64,000 bases of DNA from IMG/VR virus record IMGVR_UViG_3300024346_000005; one strand, 5' to 3'. This document shows positions 19,810-30,382 of this stretch, one piece after another (the first letter of the stretch is position 1; every line of letters begins with the position of its first letter). A program made the position numbers and the translations under genes. This DNA comes from a virus (Duplodnaviria; Caudoviricetes). The notes beneath the pieces were generated by a model that worked only from the letters and a program-made list of their open reading frames with translations, was not told the origin of the DNA and searched no databases.

Positions 19810-20868
19810 ATGAAAAAAATTAAAGTTCACTCAGAGCAGGTTTTTCCTGTTCATCGTGTTGAGGTTACTTCTGAAGACGGACCTCAATACCCACTACTAC
19901 AGTTAATTGATGATAACTTCGTTCCACGATTAACTTCCAAAATCATTCCCACAACTGCCAATTATCCTCGAAAGACTGAACTTGCCAAGGGCAATCTGGA
20001 TGTTCTGATCGCATCAACAAAGGAAGGATGGGCAGTAAGACAATGGCCATTTAGTGTATTTGTAGATGGCGATGGTAATGAGAGTTTGTTCGACCATCGA
20101 CACCTTCTGAAGGCAGTAAAGGAAAACAACTATCACTCCGTTCCTGTTGCATTGTATGTGCGAAAGGATACTGGTAACGAACTTTACGACAATCTTTCTG
20201 ACAATTCTGCTTTAAGTTTGATGGGTTTGTATGCAAATGCAACGGATGGTACAGTAAATGCGGTTCAGAATGACTTTATCAACGTTGTGAAGTTGGTGAT
20301 TGAAGATGAGAGTCTTCCTCTGACTCGTGATGTTGTCGGGGAATTGCTAGATATCTGTGGCATTACTTCTCGGTATGCACATAAACCTGTCATCACGGCA
20401 ATTGAAAATGCTATTCTGGATAGAAAGACTAAATCTACCAAGGTTTTTAACACTACCAAGGAAGAAATCAAGCAGTGGATTAAATCCAATCCGATGTTTG
20501 GTTCTAACAACTATTCCTCTGAAGATGGAGTTGCAACCCGACATAAGATTCTTGACTCCCAGTTCACTTATCGGTATGCTGGAGACATTCTCAAGTGGGC
20601 GATATCTGCCTGGAGAAAGGGTGAAAAGGTTCGCGTAATCTGTAACAGCTACGCCGAGCACGAATCTGACATCGAAGCAGATCGCCAAGAGATTATCAAG
20701 GTTATGGAAGAAGTGTTCCTCGGACCTATTAACTTCTACTGTGAGAAGATTCACGCACAGTTTGGTGGTATGATTACTCCTCCTACAGTGTCTCTTGATG
20801 AACTCCCGCTTGAATTGTGGGCAGCTCCTCAAATTGAAGGGGAAACTGAAGCAATTCAACTCCTCTGA
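19810..20868 (+). CDS. Hypothetical protein with possible ParB/Srx-like N-terminal region
   Basis: 'PFSVFVDG...LFDHRHLLKAVKENNYHSVPV' resembles the ParB DG-x-HR motif. Weak match. Confidence 0.45.
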   Translation: MKKIKVHSEQVFPVHRVEVTSEDGPQYPLLQLIDDNFVPRLTSKIIPTTANYPRKTELAKGNLDVLIASTKEGWAVRQWPFSVFVDGDGNESLFDHRHLLKAVKENNYHSVPVALYVRKDTGNELYDNLSDNSALSLMGLYANATDGTVNAVQNDFINVVKLVIEDESLPLTRDVVGELLDICGITSRYAHKPVITAIENAILDRKTKSTKVFNTTKEEIKQWIKSNPMFGSNNYSSEDGVATRHKILDSQFTYRYAGDILKWAISAWRKGEKVRVICNSYAEHESDIEADRQEIIKVMEEVFLGPINFYCEKIHAQFGGMITPPTVSLDELPLELWAAPQIEGETEAIQLL

Positions 20869-20951
20869 TCCACTTTCATAACTGGCACAGGGGGTTTTCA
20901 ACGGACCCCTTTCCTGCTATAATACACAAGTAACCAAAAGAGGAAACTCAA

Positions 20952-22149
20952 ATGAAGTATCGGGTGATTTTTATTGCCGGTAATCAACGCCAAACAGAAG
21001 AAGTATATGCTAACAATCCTGCTGAGGCAAAAAAAGTTATTGAGGCACGAAATCTAAACGCCAGAGTTGTGAATGTCACATGCTGACCCCTAACATACCA
21101 AATACTCCCAATTATGATATTCTGAATAATAAACCTTCAGACCCTGCTGGTTATGTGACTAAAGACGGGAAATGGGCAGCAGTTCCTTGGGGTAATAAGT
21201 TCGTTATTATCTGTAATGGCGAACAGGTTCATACCTCAAATAACCTCACAACTGCCAAGGACTACATTCAGAAAAAAGTTAAACAGACTCCACGAAAGCG
21301 TACTACATCATCCAGTCTTGAGGAATATCTATGAAAAAACTTGTCTTTCTTCTTCCTCTTCTTTTCATTCAACCGGCATCGGCAAATGAAATGATGATTA
21401 CTGTAAATGTGAATCGGGTTTGTGCCGCAATTGTGAACATTCCCTATGCCTCTGATAATTTTTCGGATGCTGAATTTCAAAAGTGGAAGAATTGTGTGGC
21501 ATATCTTCGTCAGTTTGATGGAATTCAGTGATGGAAGTATTTCAACAAACCTCTGATGCCCCATATAATCGTCATAACTACGAACTTGTCCTGAAAAGTG
21601 GCAAAACCATATTTTTTGACGATTGGACGGGCGTTCAGGGGTATTGGTTCGTTCACAACCAAATCCCCGATTATTTGGATTATGTAAATGCCCTTGATAA
21701 AACTAAAAAGAAATCTAAGGCAGTCGGGTTCTAAATAGTGCCAATAAAGAGGTAATTTCATATGACACCTTTTCAATCTGCCTGTGTTGTAATATTCGGA
21801 ATACTCGCATACCTGATATGGGTAGATGAAAATATTGCGATATATTTGACTCTTATCTTCAAAGTTATAAAAATCAATACCGAAAGAATGTTGTGGATGA
21901 TAAGACTTCATCCAAAAAATCCGATTACAAACCTGATGATGAAATGGAAGTATGAAAGACTCGCAAGAGAACTTCAGGCAGAAATGGAATGTAAAGCAAC
22001 TGAACTCAACAACAATAGCAAGATTATTGAGTGAGCTTGAGGGAGTTTCATACTTACTTGATTGTATTGATGAAGAAGACTTTGAAACCATAACTCAACT
22101 CAAGAAAAAATACTATAAGATGTATTTTTCTATGCTAAAATCGGAATGA
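20952..22149 (+). other. Cluster of small hypothetical cyanophage ORFs (20952-21086, 21080-21334, 21331-21531, 21528-21734, 21762-22034, 21952-22149)
   Basis: Abutting or overlapping + strand ORFs with ATGA-type junctions. Confidence 0.65.
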
Positions 22150-22238
22150 CTAATCCAATTGAAGAACTGGCACAAGGCACTTGACCTTCCGAGTCAGGTG
22201 CCTTATAGTATATACATACAAATCCAAAGCGATGACCT

Positions 22239-23045
22239 ATGGAAATGAAAATCAAAGTAGTCAGTGATTTACATTTAGAGTGTTGTGAGCACGGGCACGG
22301 AGTTCCTGACCTTGGAGAAGGTGAGGTTCTGATTCTTGGTGGAGACATTCTTTGTGCTCGTCACTTTAAGAAGGATGGACCTCTTAAGAAAGTTTATAAT
22401 GACTTTCTACAAAAGTGTGTAAAGAACTTTGATGAGGTTCTGTATCTTGCGGGAAATCACGAAGCATATGGATACAACTATGAAGGAACTTGGGATGTTC
22501 TTGCAGAGCATCTACCAAAGGAAATTCATCTTGTAGAAAATGACTTTGTAAAAATCAAGGACTGGGTATTTCTTGGGACAACTCTATGGACTGATTTTCG
22601 TAATGAAAATGCTCTAGAGATGATGGAGGCAGCACAGTGTATGAATGATTATAAAGTCATTCGTATTGGTTCTAACTATCGCAAACTAACTACTGATGAT
22701 ACTCTCAAGTTTCATAAGAATTCCAAACTATTCCTTCAACAAAAGTTGGAAGAGTTTAAGGATACTAAAACCTGGGTTCTTACCCATCACGGACCATCTT
22801 ATCAATCGGTTCATCCAAAATACCGAAGTTCTGGTATTGCAAATGGTGCTTATGTAAGTGACCTTGATGATTTGATTTTGAATAATCCTCAAATCAAATG
22901 CTGGAGTCACGGTCATACACACGAAAGTATGGATTATATGATTGGTAATTGTAGAGTTGTATGTAATCCTCGTGGTTATTACAACGGATACAATAATGCA
23001 GACCTGAACATTAACTTTGACCCTAACTTTGAGGTAGAACTATGA
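22239..23045 (+). CDS. Calcineurin-like metallophosphoesterase
   Basis: 'SDLHLE', 'GGDI', 'GNHE', 'THHGP' and 'HGHTH' motifs. Confidence 0.9.
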   Translation: MEMKIKVVSDLHLECCEHGHGVPDLGEGEVLILGGDILCARHFKKDGPLKKVYNDFLQKCVKNFDEVLYLAGNHEAYGYNYEGTWDVLAEHLPKEIHLVENDFVKIKDWVFLGTTLWTDFRNENALEMMEAAQCMNDYKVIRIGSNYRKLTTDDTLKFHKNSKLFLQQKLEEFKDTKTWVLTHHGPSYQSVHPKYRSSGIANGAYVSDLDDLILNNPQIKCWSHGHTHESMDYMIGNCRVVCNPRGYYNGYNNADLNINFDPNFEVEL

Positions 23046-24431
23046 AAGTAAAAACACTTGTGATACTAGAACAAGCGATTGAAGAAGGTGTGCGGCGTGG
23101 TTATCGTCGTGCTCATAAGCATATTGAGAACCCGACTGAAGAGTCTATCTGTGACCATATTGAAGAGTGTGTAATGGCACAAATTTACGAATACTTTACC
23201 TTTGAGGACGAAACTTATGTCTGAACGCTCACAAGCATTTATGAACGCAGTATGGGATTGTAGGAACAATCAAGGTGCTGATACTGAAGAGAAACTGGTT
23301 TCTGCAATCCTACAAGTTGCCGCAGAAACTGTAAGGTTTTATAATGCTCAAGACAATTTGATTGTTCTGGATAAAAATGATATGCTACAACTCGCACAGG
23401 AACTTGACGAATAATCAAAGTCTTGCTATGATAACTAAGTATCTGAACCACTTTGCCAATTTATGATCAAACCCATTAAAGAAGAGTTTCCTCACGGAGA
23501 TGGATTTCCTATTAAAATAACTCATAAGGATGGTAAAGAACTAAAGGATTTCAAGACCTGCTATTTCCAGACCGAAGACCACGCTCAAAAGTACATTGCC
23601 CGTAACAATTTCAAAAAGAAAGATTACACTATTATCTACAAGAACGAACAATGACCACACGCACTTATACTCAAAAAAACGAAAACCAATGGGAATGGGA
23701 AGAAACTCCTGAAACCATTGAGGCACTTAAACAACTTCACGAAACAGTAAAAAAAGTAAATGACGGAAAAAAAACTGATTGATGATTGCTTTTATATTGA
23801 AAAAGCAAGATGGGGTGTTTATCACTCTTATAATAAAGAAGAAAAACGACTCATTACATCACTGACCGAGGAAGGTTGTATTAATGCCACTAGGTACTAT
23901 ATGAAAGGTCTTCAAGAAGGATTTATGGAAGTAATTACTCATCAGGGAAGCGTGGATGGAAAACTCTGATTATCCTTATCATACTCTGGACTCTACCACA
24001 CCTTGGTATGAGTGGTTGTGCTACTCCGAAATTTGTCATCAACTGAATGTACCAAATCAACCAAGTGTCGGTAGATTTATGAGGTACAGACAATATCTTA
24101 AAGAAATAGGAGTTTTGTGATGAGATTTAGATTATTTGATTGGTTTCTCAAAGATTATGAGATGCCTGACAAGTACAAACTTATCGTTTCTGATGAGCAC
24201 GATAATGAGTATTGTCTTGTAGGACTTTGTTCTTCTCTTGCCAAGCACGTTGCTATACTTGAAGAACGCATTACTACTCTGGAACAAAAGTATGAAGGTG
24301 CTCTTATAGACATTAAGCGTCTTGAAGAAGAGAATGTAGAGACTACAAATTGTCTGTATGAAAATGCCAACTCTATAGATGCAGTTGATGCCCGTATAGA
24401 TATTCTTGCCGAACATTATATGAATAAATAG
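23042..24431 (+). other. Cluster of small hypothetical ORFs (23042-23224, 23217-23414, 23463-23654, 23760-23969, 24117-24431)
   Basis: Co-directional short ORFs. Confidence 0.6.
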
Positions 24432-24517
24432 TGATGCTTATTTGTGGTTATTTAAGCAGAATGGGGGCAGAAATGCTCCTTTCCTTGTATAAATAACTAT
24501 AACCACAAGTAAAGCAG
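24424..24517 (+). promoter_or_regulatory. Dual late-promoter / antisense-arm / terminator cassette (copy 2)
   Basis: ATAAATA, GCTTATTTGTGGTTAT, GGGGC/GCTCC hairpin, TATAAATA (24488-24495), ATAACCACAAGTAAAGC. Confidence 0.75.
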
Positions 24518-25118
24518 ATGGAATATTATACTTACGCTTATTTGCGTGAAGACGGCACACCTTATTATATTGGAAGGGGAAAGCATCAAAAAAAAATCAA
24601 AATATAGAAGAATGAACACTAAATTTGGTCATAGTGTTTCTGTTCCAAATGAAAAAAGAAGAATTATACTAAAAGATAATCTTTCTCTTAACGATGCTAA
24701 TAAACACGAAATTTATATGATTTTCATTTTCGGTAAAAAATATGACGGAACAGGTATATTGAGAAATCTTGTAGATGGTGGAACTGGTGGAGGTGTTGCT
24801 GGTAGAAAATTAAGTGAAGAAACAAAAAATAAAATAGGAAATGCAAATAGAGGTAAAACTCGTTCAGAAGAACATAGAAGAAAAAATGGTGAAGCAAAAA
24901 AAGGTAACACTAATTGGTTAGGTAAAACTCATTCAGAAGAAACTAAAGAAAAAATAAGAAATGTCCATAAAGGAAAACCATTTCCAGGAACTCATAATAA
25001 TAATAAAGAAACAAAATGGTGGAATGATGGACAAATTAACAAAAGAAGTGTAGAATGTCCTGGTAAAGAATGGAAATCTGGAAGATTACCATTAAAACCC
25101 TATAAAAAGAGAAAATAA
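24518..25118 (+). pseudogene. GIY-YIG/NUMOD3 endonuclease frameshifted at an A9 tract
   Basis: ATG at 24518 reads [24 protein letters not shown], then A9 (24588-24596). The rest of the protein is in the +1 frame; A8 would restore it. Confidence 0.8.
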
Positions 25119-25119
25119 A

Positions 25120-25592
25120 ATGCCTTATGATAATTTAACAGAATATGAAAGAGCACTTGCCCGTTTTGGGGATAAAGTGGGTCTCATTGCGGGACTTGAA
25201 ATATCTGATAAAATCTCACCTGAAGATGCGTATCAGCAAATCAAAATCTTATATAAAGAACTTAAGGCACTCCGTAAAGAAGAAAAGTCCGAGTGGAACA
25301 CCCCAAACTAGAGTCTGCTCCAAGTGTGGTGTAGAAAAACCACTTGACAAATCGAATTTTCAGGTGGTAAAATACTTTAAGCACAATTATTCTTATTACT
25401 GCAATGAGTGTAACAAACCAAAACCAAGAGATTGATTCACTGAAAATTACTCAAAATGATGATGGGTCTTATGAAATGAGTTGGGACAAGGAAGACCCCA
25501 ATTGGTCGTGGTTGAATAACTTGACAAGCAAAGAGATTCAGGTTATAGTACGAGAAGCAATCCAAGACAGACTGAACCAAAATGACGACTAA
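25120..25592 (+). other. Small hypothetical ORFs (25120-25311; a CxxC/CxxC zinc-finger-like ORF ending at 25435; 25404-25592)
   Basis: Short ORFs, one with 'CSKC...CNEC'. Confidence 0.55.
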
Positions 25593-26154
25593 TTACCAAA
25601 AAATTTGGAATGTGATGAATGACCTAGAAATGGTCACCGCCAAAATTTCTTCTGCCCGTGAGATTTTGGATAGTGCTGTTGATAGACTTCAAGAGCATCA
25701 GTATGATAAAGCAGAAACTCTTCTGTATGCTGCGGATGAATTTCTTCAGTATTACCTTGAAGACTTTGATAGGAAGTTTAAGGATGCCTGGAAAGAAACT
25801 GTAACTAAAATCAATCAAGAAGAGACTGACGATTGTATGCCGCCTTGGGGGCACAGTGATTTGGAATATCTTTCTAATCTACCCCCAGAAGAACCTAAAC
25901 AAGATAAAGTAGTCAAGTGGCAACTTCCTGTTGAAGAAGGAACTGATTGTATAACCGGAGAGCAAGAATACTTTATCACATTCCCAGATGACTTGTTGGA
26001 AGCAGCAAATCTTTCTCCGGGTGATGAGGTGGAATGGGTGGATAATAATGATGGCAGTTTTCTTCTCCGCAAAATTACACAACCAAAAACTTATGATAAA
26101 ATGGTTGCGGCAGGTTGGACTATGACTGCCGATGGTTTCTGGTTTAAAGAATGA
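25582..26154 (+). CDS. Coiled-coil protein with C-terminal AbrB/MazE-like domain
   Basis: 'YFITFPDDLLEAANLSPGDEVEWVDNNDGSFLLRK' fits the AbrB/SpoVT pattern. Confidence 0.6.
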   Translation: MTTNYQKIWNVMNDLEMVTAKISSAREILDSAVDRLQEHQYDKAETLLYAADEFLQYYLEDFDRKFKDAWKETVTKINQEETDDCMPPWGHSDLEYLSNLPPEEPKQDKVVKWQLPVEEGTDCITGEQEYFITFPDDLLEAANLSPGDEVEWVDNNDGSFLLRKITQPKTYDKMVAAGWTMTADGFWFKE

Positions 26155-26307
26155 GAACCATTCAAACCTGTGGTGGATTTGATGGTGAAGTTTATAATAT
26201 CACCATTGCATTTGAGAAACAAGCAATTACCTTAGATGGACTTTCTAAGGATGATGTATTGGAACTAAAGTCCTGTATTGACTGTATGTTATTTGAGGAG
26301 GAAAACG

Positions 26308-27143
26308 ATGGCACTATCACAATCAGTTGAAGAAAATTTAAAAGATGCAGAACAATCTTTGAGAGCAGCACTGGCATTTGCAGCACGACAAGAACGACCT
26401 ATGATATGCTCAGTTATTGCTGATTTGATTAGTCGTATTGAATCAGTTCAAAATACTGATTCTATTCTGGATAAACTGGAGAATCGTAAATTTGGTGACA
26501 CCGGATTCTTTGGAACTATATTTGGAAAAGATGACTGAACCTAACGAATTTGGTAAGATGCTAAAAGAATGGTGGGCGTCTGATGCCTGCAAAGAACTTC
26601 AGAAGTCAAATGAAGAGGCAAAGCAAAGAGCAATAGGTAAGTACTTTATGCTCTCTGAGTCTGATAAACTTGATATGGTCCAGGCAATCTGCTATATTAT
26701 GTGTAAGGCAGAGAAAGAAGGAACCAGTCACAGAGGACTGCAAGATGCTCTGGGCATATATCCGGGCGGATTTTGGGTTTCGGAATTAATGACCGTACAT
26801 AACTCATTGTGGTCTTATTATCACGACCAAAAAGCAGAAAAGGAACTCAAAGATGATTTGGATGCTTTAGAGGAATTTGTTGAAAACAAAAGAGAATGTT
26901 AAGTTTCTACATAATATAAAGGATTTGTGTTAGAATCCTAACATTCTTATTAAACCCATGACACTTCCCAAAACAAACTCAGAATATCTCACTCAAGAAG
27001 AGTGGAGAGAACTGAATGCTCTGAGAGAAGCAATTAATTACAATCCGAGTCAAGTTTGCCCACAAAAGATGGAAAAATTTACGGCATTATTTGTTAGGTC
27101 ACTTTATGGTAAAGGTGACTCTGTATCCTCACAAACAAAATAA
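26308..27143 (+). other. Hypothetical cyanophage ORFs (26308-26538, 26531-26902, 26958-27143)
   Basis: Abutting + strand ORFs. Confidence 0.6.
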
Positions 27144-27174
27144 AATAAATATTATATCTAATTTACCGAGTATT

Positions 27175-27387
27175 ATGAGTACAATCGATCAGCATATCGA
27201 AAAAGACAAACAAGTTCTTGATGACCCAACAATTTCACCACAAAATCGTCGGCATACTTCAGAAGAATTAGAAGCACTGAAATCATATAAAGAAAATCAT
27301 CCAGAAGATTCTCACGATCCGACACGACTTGAACTTTATTGTGATTCGCACCCTGATGCTCTAGAATGTAGAATGTATGATAATTGA
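27175..27387 (+). CDS. cp12: CP12 Calvin-cycle inhibitor (cyanophage type)
   Basis: 'MSTIDQHIEKDK...RRH..EELEAL..Y...HP..HDPT.LELYCD.HPDA.ECRMYD' carries the C-terminal CP12 cysteine pair. Confidence 0.9.
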   Translation: MSTIDQHIEKDKQVLDDPTISPQNRRHTSEELEALKSYKENHPEDSHDPTRLELYCDSHPDALECRMYDN

Positions 27388-27449
27388 TTGCAAGAGGTTT
27401 GACAACCCTCTTTTTTTATGCTATGATTACATTCATATAGTGGGATATA

Positions 27450-28292
27450 ATGATTAAACCACCTCTCAAGTGGGCAGGAAACAAGTTTAGGGTCTTGCCC
27501 CATCTTTTACCTTTAATTGGAACACCCACCAGATATTGTGAACCTTTTGGTGGAAGTCTGTCTGTAGCACTAAACGTACAGGCATATGAATATATTCTAA
27601 ATGACATTAATTCAGATCTGCATTCTCTTTATACAAATATTGATATTGAGTTTGTTTCTGATTGTGCCAAGATATTTGTGGACGATAATAATACAAGACA
27701 AAGGTATATTGAAATTAGGAATAAGTTTAATTCCGAGACTGATGCCAGAGAGAGAGCTAAACTGTTCTTATACTTGAACAAACACGCCTTTAATGGTCTC
27801 TGTCGTTATAATTCTAAAGGTGAGTTTAATGTTCCCTATGGTAAGGAGAACAAGAACTCAAAGACTGGGGTAATAGAAAATACAAAGGCACACTTTCCCG
27901 AAAAAGAAATGTTGGACTTTATTGCCACATTTAATAATAGATGTGTTGAATTTACCAATACCACATTCTCCAACGAATTACTGTATGAATCTTTAGGAGA
28001 GGGTGATGTTGTTTACTTTGACCCTCCCTATGTTCCCACATCTGAGACTTCTAACTTTACCAATTATGCAACAGATGGATTTACTCACGAACAACAGATT
28101 GAATTGAGAGATTTAGCAGAAACTCTGGCAAATCGTGGAATTAAGGTGATACTTTCTAATCACGATGTTCCCGTTACAAGAGAACTTTATAAAAATGCCA
28201 AAATCCATTCAATTCAGGTGTCAAGGTCCATTTCTGCAAAGAGTTCTAGCAGAAAAAAAGCAAGTGAACTGATTGCCGTGTGGCAGTCCTGA
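27450..28292 (+). CDS. dam: Dam-family (D12 class) DNA adenine methyltransferase
   Basis: 'LKWAGNK', 'EPFGG', 'LNDIN', 'FNGLCRYNSKGEFNVPYG' and 'YFDPPY'. Confidence 0.92.
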   Translation: MIKPPLKWAGNKFRVLPHLLPLIGTPTRYCEPFGGSLSVALNVQAYEYILNDINSDLHSLYTNIDIEFVSDCAKIFVDDNNTRQRYIEIRNKFNSETDARERAKLFLYLNKHAFNGLCRYNSKGEFNVPYGKENKNSKTGVIENTKAHFPEKEMLDFIATFNNRCVEFTNTTFSNELLYESLGEGDVVYFDPPYVPTSETSNFTNYATDGFTHEQQIELRDLAETLANRGIKVILSNHDVPVTRELYKNAKIHSIQVSRSISAKSSSRKKASELIAVWQS

Positions 28293-28383
28293 AACTGGCA
28301 CAAGACCCCCCGAATCCCCTGGTGGATGCCCTATAATTACAGAGTAAACAATCGAATTGACGGCAATCGTCAGAAAAACTGTT

Positions 28384-29007
28384 ATGGCAAATTTGAATCA
28401 ATTTTTCAAAGAAATTCTTGAACTTAATTTTGTGTCTGGTGGATATCAAGTATCAGAACACGAAGTTTCTGTAGAAAATACTTTGATTTCTAATGGATTT
28501 TTAAAATCAAAAATTAAAAAAATTACAAAATTACAACTCAAAAAAGCACTTAATGGTGGTGATATTCCTGAATTAAAAGAAGGAGAATATATTTCACAAC
28601 CGACAGGAAAAAATTCCAGTCCGGATTTCATTGTAAGGTACAATGGTAAACTTTATTTTATTGAATGTAAATCATCCAACAAGACTTATCCCGTTTATAA
28701 TGGTGGACTTCCAGGGGAAGAGTATATTTACATTTTTACAAGTAAAGAAACTAATGAGACTACAATTTTTTATGGTAAAGATGTGCTAAAATCAGAAAAG
28801 AGAGAATTGTATTCAAAATTGCTTGTAGAACTAAATCAAATTCTGCATAAATATCAAAACATGCCAAAATGGGAAGATAAATCTCGTGGATTTGACTATT
28901 ACATAAGAAATATGTACACTCAGAATGGTAGTGCTGAAAAAACTAATTATTTTAAACACGAAGGGAGATTAATCTGTGAACAAAACGTTCTCAATTCTAT
29001 TAGGTGA
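28384..29007 (+). CDS. PD-(D/E)XK nuclease, putative type II restriction endonuclease
   Basis: 'QPTGKNSSPDFIV...FIECKS' catalytic motif; overlaps the downstream methylase. Confidence 0.65.
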   Translation: MANLNQFFKEILELNFVSGGYQVSEHEVSVENTLISNGFLKSKIKKITKLQLKKALNGGDIPELKEGEYISQPTGKNSSPDFIVRYNGKLYFIECKSSNKTYPVYNGGLPGEEYIYIFTSKETNETTIFYGKDVLKSEKRELYSKLLVELNQILHKYQNMPKWEDKSRGFDYYIRNMYTQNGSAEKTNYFKHEGRLICEQNVLNSIR

Positions 29008-29863
29008 TTCTAAAGAAGTGTTATCTAATTACGAAGATAATACTTTTCATAGTTGTATCACCGATCCCCCTTATGGAATGAATATGGACCATTGGGATCA
29101 TTCAGTTCCTTCCGTAGACATCTGGGTTGAAGTGTTTCGCACACTTCGCCCAGGTGCTTTTTGCTTAGCATTTTGTTCTCCAGAACTTTATCATCGTCTG
29201 GCATGTAATGTAGAGGATGCTGGATTTAAAATTAAAGATCAAATTATGTGGATGACCACTACTAAAATGCCCAAACATAATAGATTAAAACCAGCACATG
29301 AACCAATAGTAGTAGCACAAAAACCATATCAAGGAACACTTCAAAATAATTTTGAGAAGTGGGGATGTGGTTTAATTGATACTGAAAATACTAGAGTGCC
29401 ATGGGATAAGAAACCACCAACAGGTTGGGTAAAAGATGGTGCTAAACGTCGTACATTTGGACGTGATGGAAAAACTACAGGAACACAAGAAGAGTTTGGA
29501 ACTGTAGATGCTAACCCTGCTGGTAGATATCCTTCTAATATCATTGGTGACGTATTACCAGAACATCAAAAATATTTTTATGCTCCTCGTGCCACAAGAA
29601 AAGAAAAAGGATCCGACAATGACCATCCTACAGTCAAACCAGTAGATTTGATGGCGTATCTTATCAAGATCTATTCTCCTATCAATTCTACGGTACTTGA
29701 CCCGTTCGTTGGTAGTGGCAGCACAGGAGTTGCCGCCATTCGGGAAAATAGAAACTTTGTGGGTATAGATCTTAGTGAACACTATACAGAAATCGCAACC
29801 AAGCGGTGTGCAGACTGGGAACTGGCACAAGACCCTCAGAATCCCCTGCTGGATGCCCTATAA
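28976..29863 (+). CDS. N4/N6 DNA methyltransferase (beta class)
   Basis: 'ITDPPYG' near the N-terminus; 'HPTVKP' and 'VLDPFVGSGSTG' near the C-terminus. Confidence 0.92.
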   Translation: MNKTFSILLGDSKEVLSNYEDNTFHSCITDPPYGMNMDHWDHSVPSVDIWVEVFRTLRPGAFCLAFCSPELYHRLACNVEDAGFKIKDQIMWMTTTKMPKHNRLKPAHEPIVVAQKPYQGTLQNNFEKWGCGLIDTENTRVPWDKKPPTGWVKDGAKRRTFGRDGKTTGTQEEFGTVDANPAGRYPSNIIGDVLPEHQKYFYAPRATRKEKGSDNDHPTVKPVDLMAYLIKIYSPINSTVLDPFVGSGSTGVAAIRENRNFVGIDLSEHYTEIATKRCADWELAQDPQNPLLDAL

Positions 29864-29886
29864 TAACCTCATAAGCAAGCAAACCG

Positions 29887-30330
29887 ATGACGACCACCTT
29901 CGCTGACTACGCTGCCGCCACAGAGGCACGGAAGAACATTGAACTTGCCGTTCTGAAGCACACTTGGGAACTTTGTGAGGCACTGCGTCAAAACTTCATT
30001 GATTACAACATCAAGTCTCATGAATATGCCATTAAGAATAAGGATGAGTCTTATGTTCCTTATCATCAGGAATGTGTTGAAAAACTAAAGAATGGTGAAT
30101 GTGATTATGAGTTCATTATTGAGAGTGGTCGCAAGTATCACAAAATCATTATGAATGCTGCTGGTTCTCGCTCTGTTCATGCTTTTGTAGATAAGAAAAC
30201 TGGACAAATTTATAAAAGTGCCAGTTGGAAATCTCCTGCCAAAGGTGTTCGTTATGATTTGCGATTGATTGAGCAGCGTGAATGGTTGCTTGAGAATGCG
30301 GATTGGAGCGGGTCATATTTGTATAAGTAA
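29887..30330 (+). CDS. Conserved hypothetical early cyanophage protein
   Basis: 'GRKYHKI...SVHAFVDKKTG.IYKSASWKSPAKGVRY'; first ORF after a dyad promoter. Confidence 0.7.
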   Translation: MTTTFADYAAATEARKNIELAVLKHTWELCEALRQNFIDYNIKSHEYAIKNKDESYVPYHQECVEKLKNGECDYEFIIESGRKYHKIIMNAAGSRSVHAFVDKKTGQIYKSASWKSPAKGVRYDLRLIEQREWLLENADWSGSYLYK

Positions 30331-30382
30331 TCAAGACCCAATCATTCTGGTATAAATATAAGTAGTTATAAACCAATCAACT

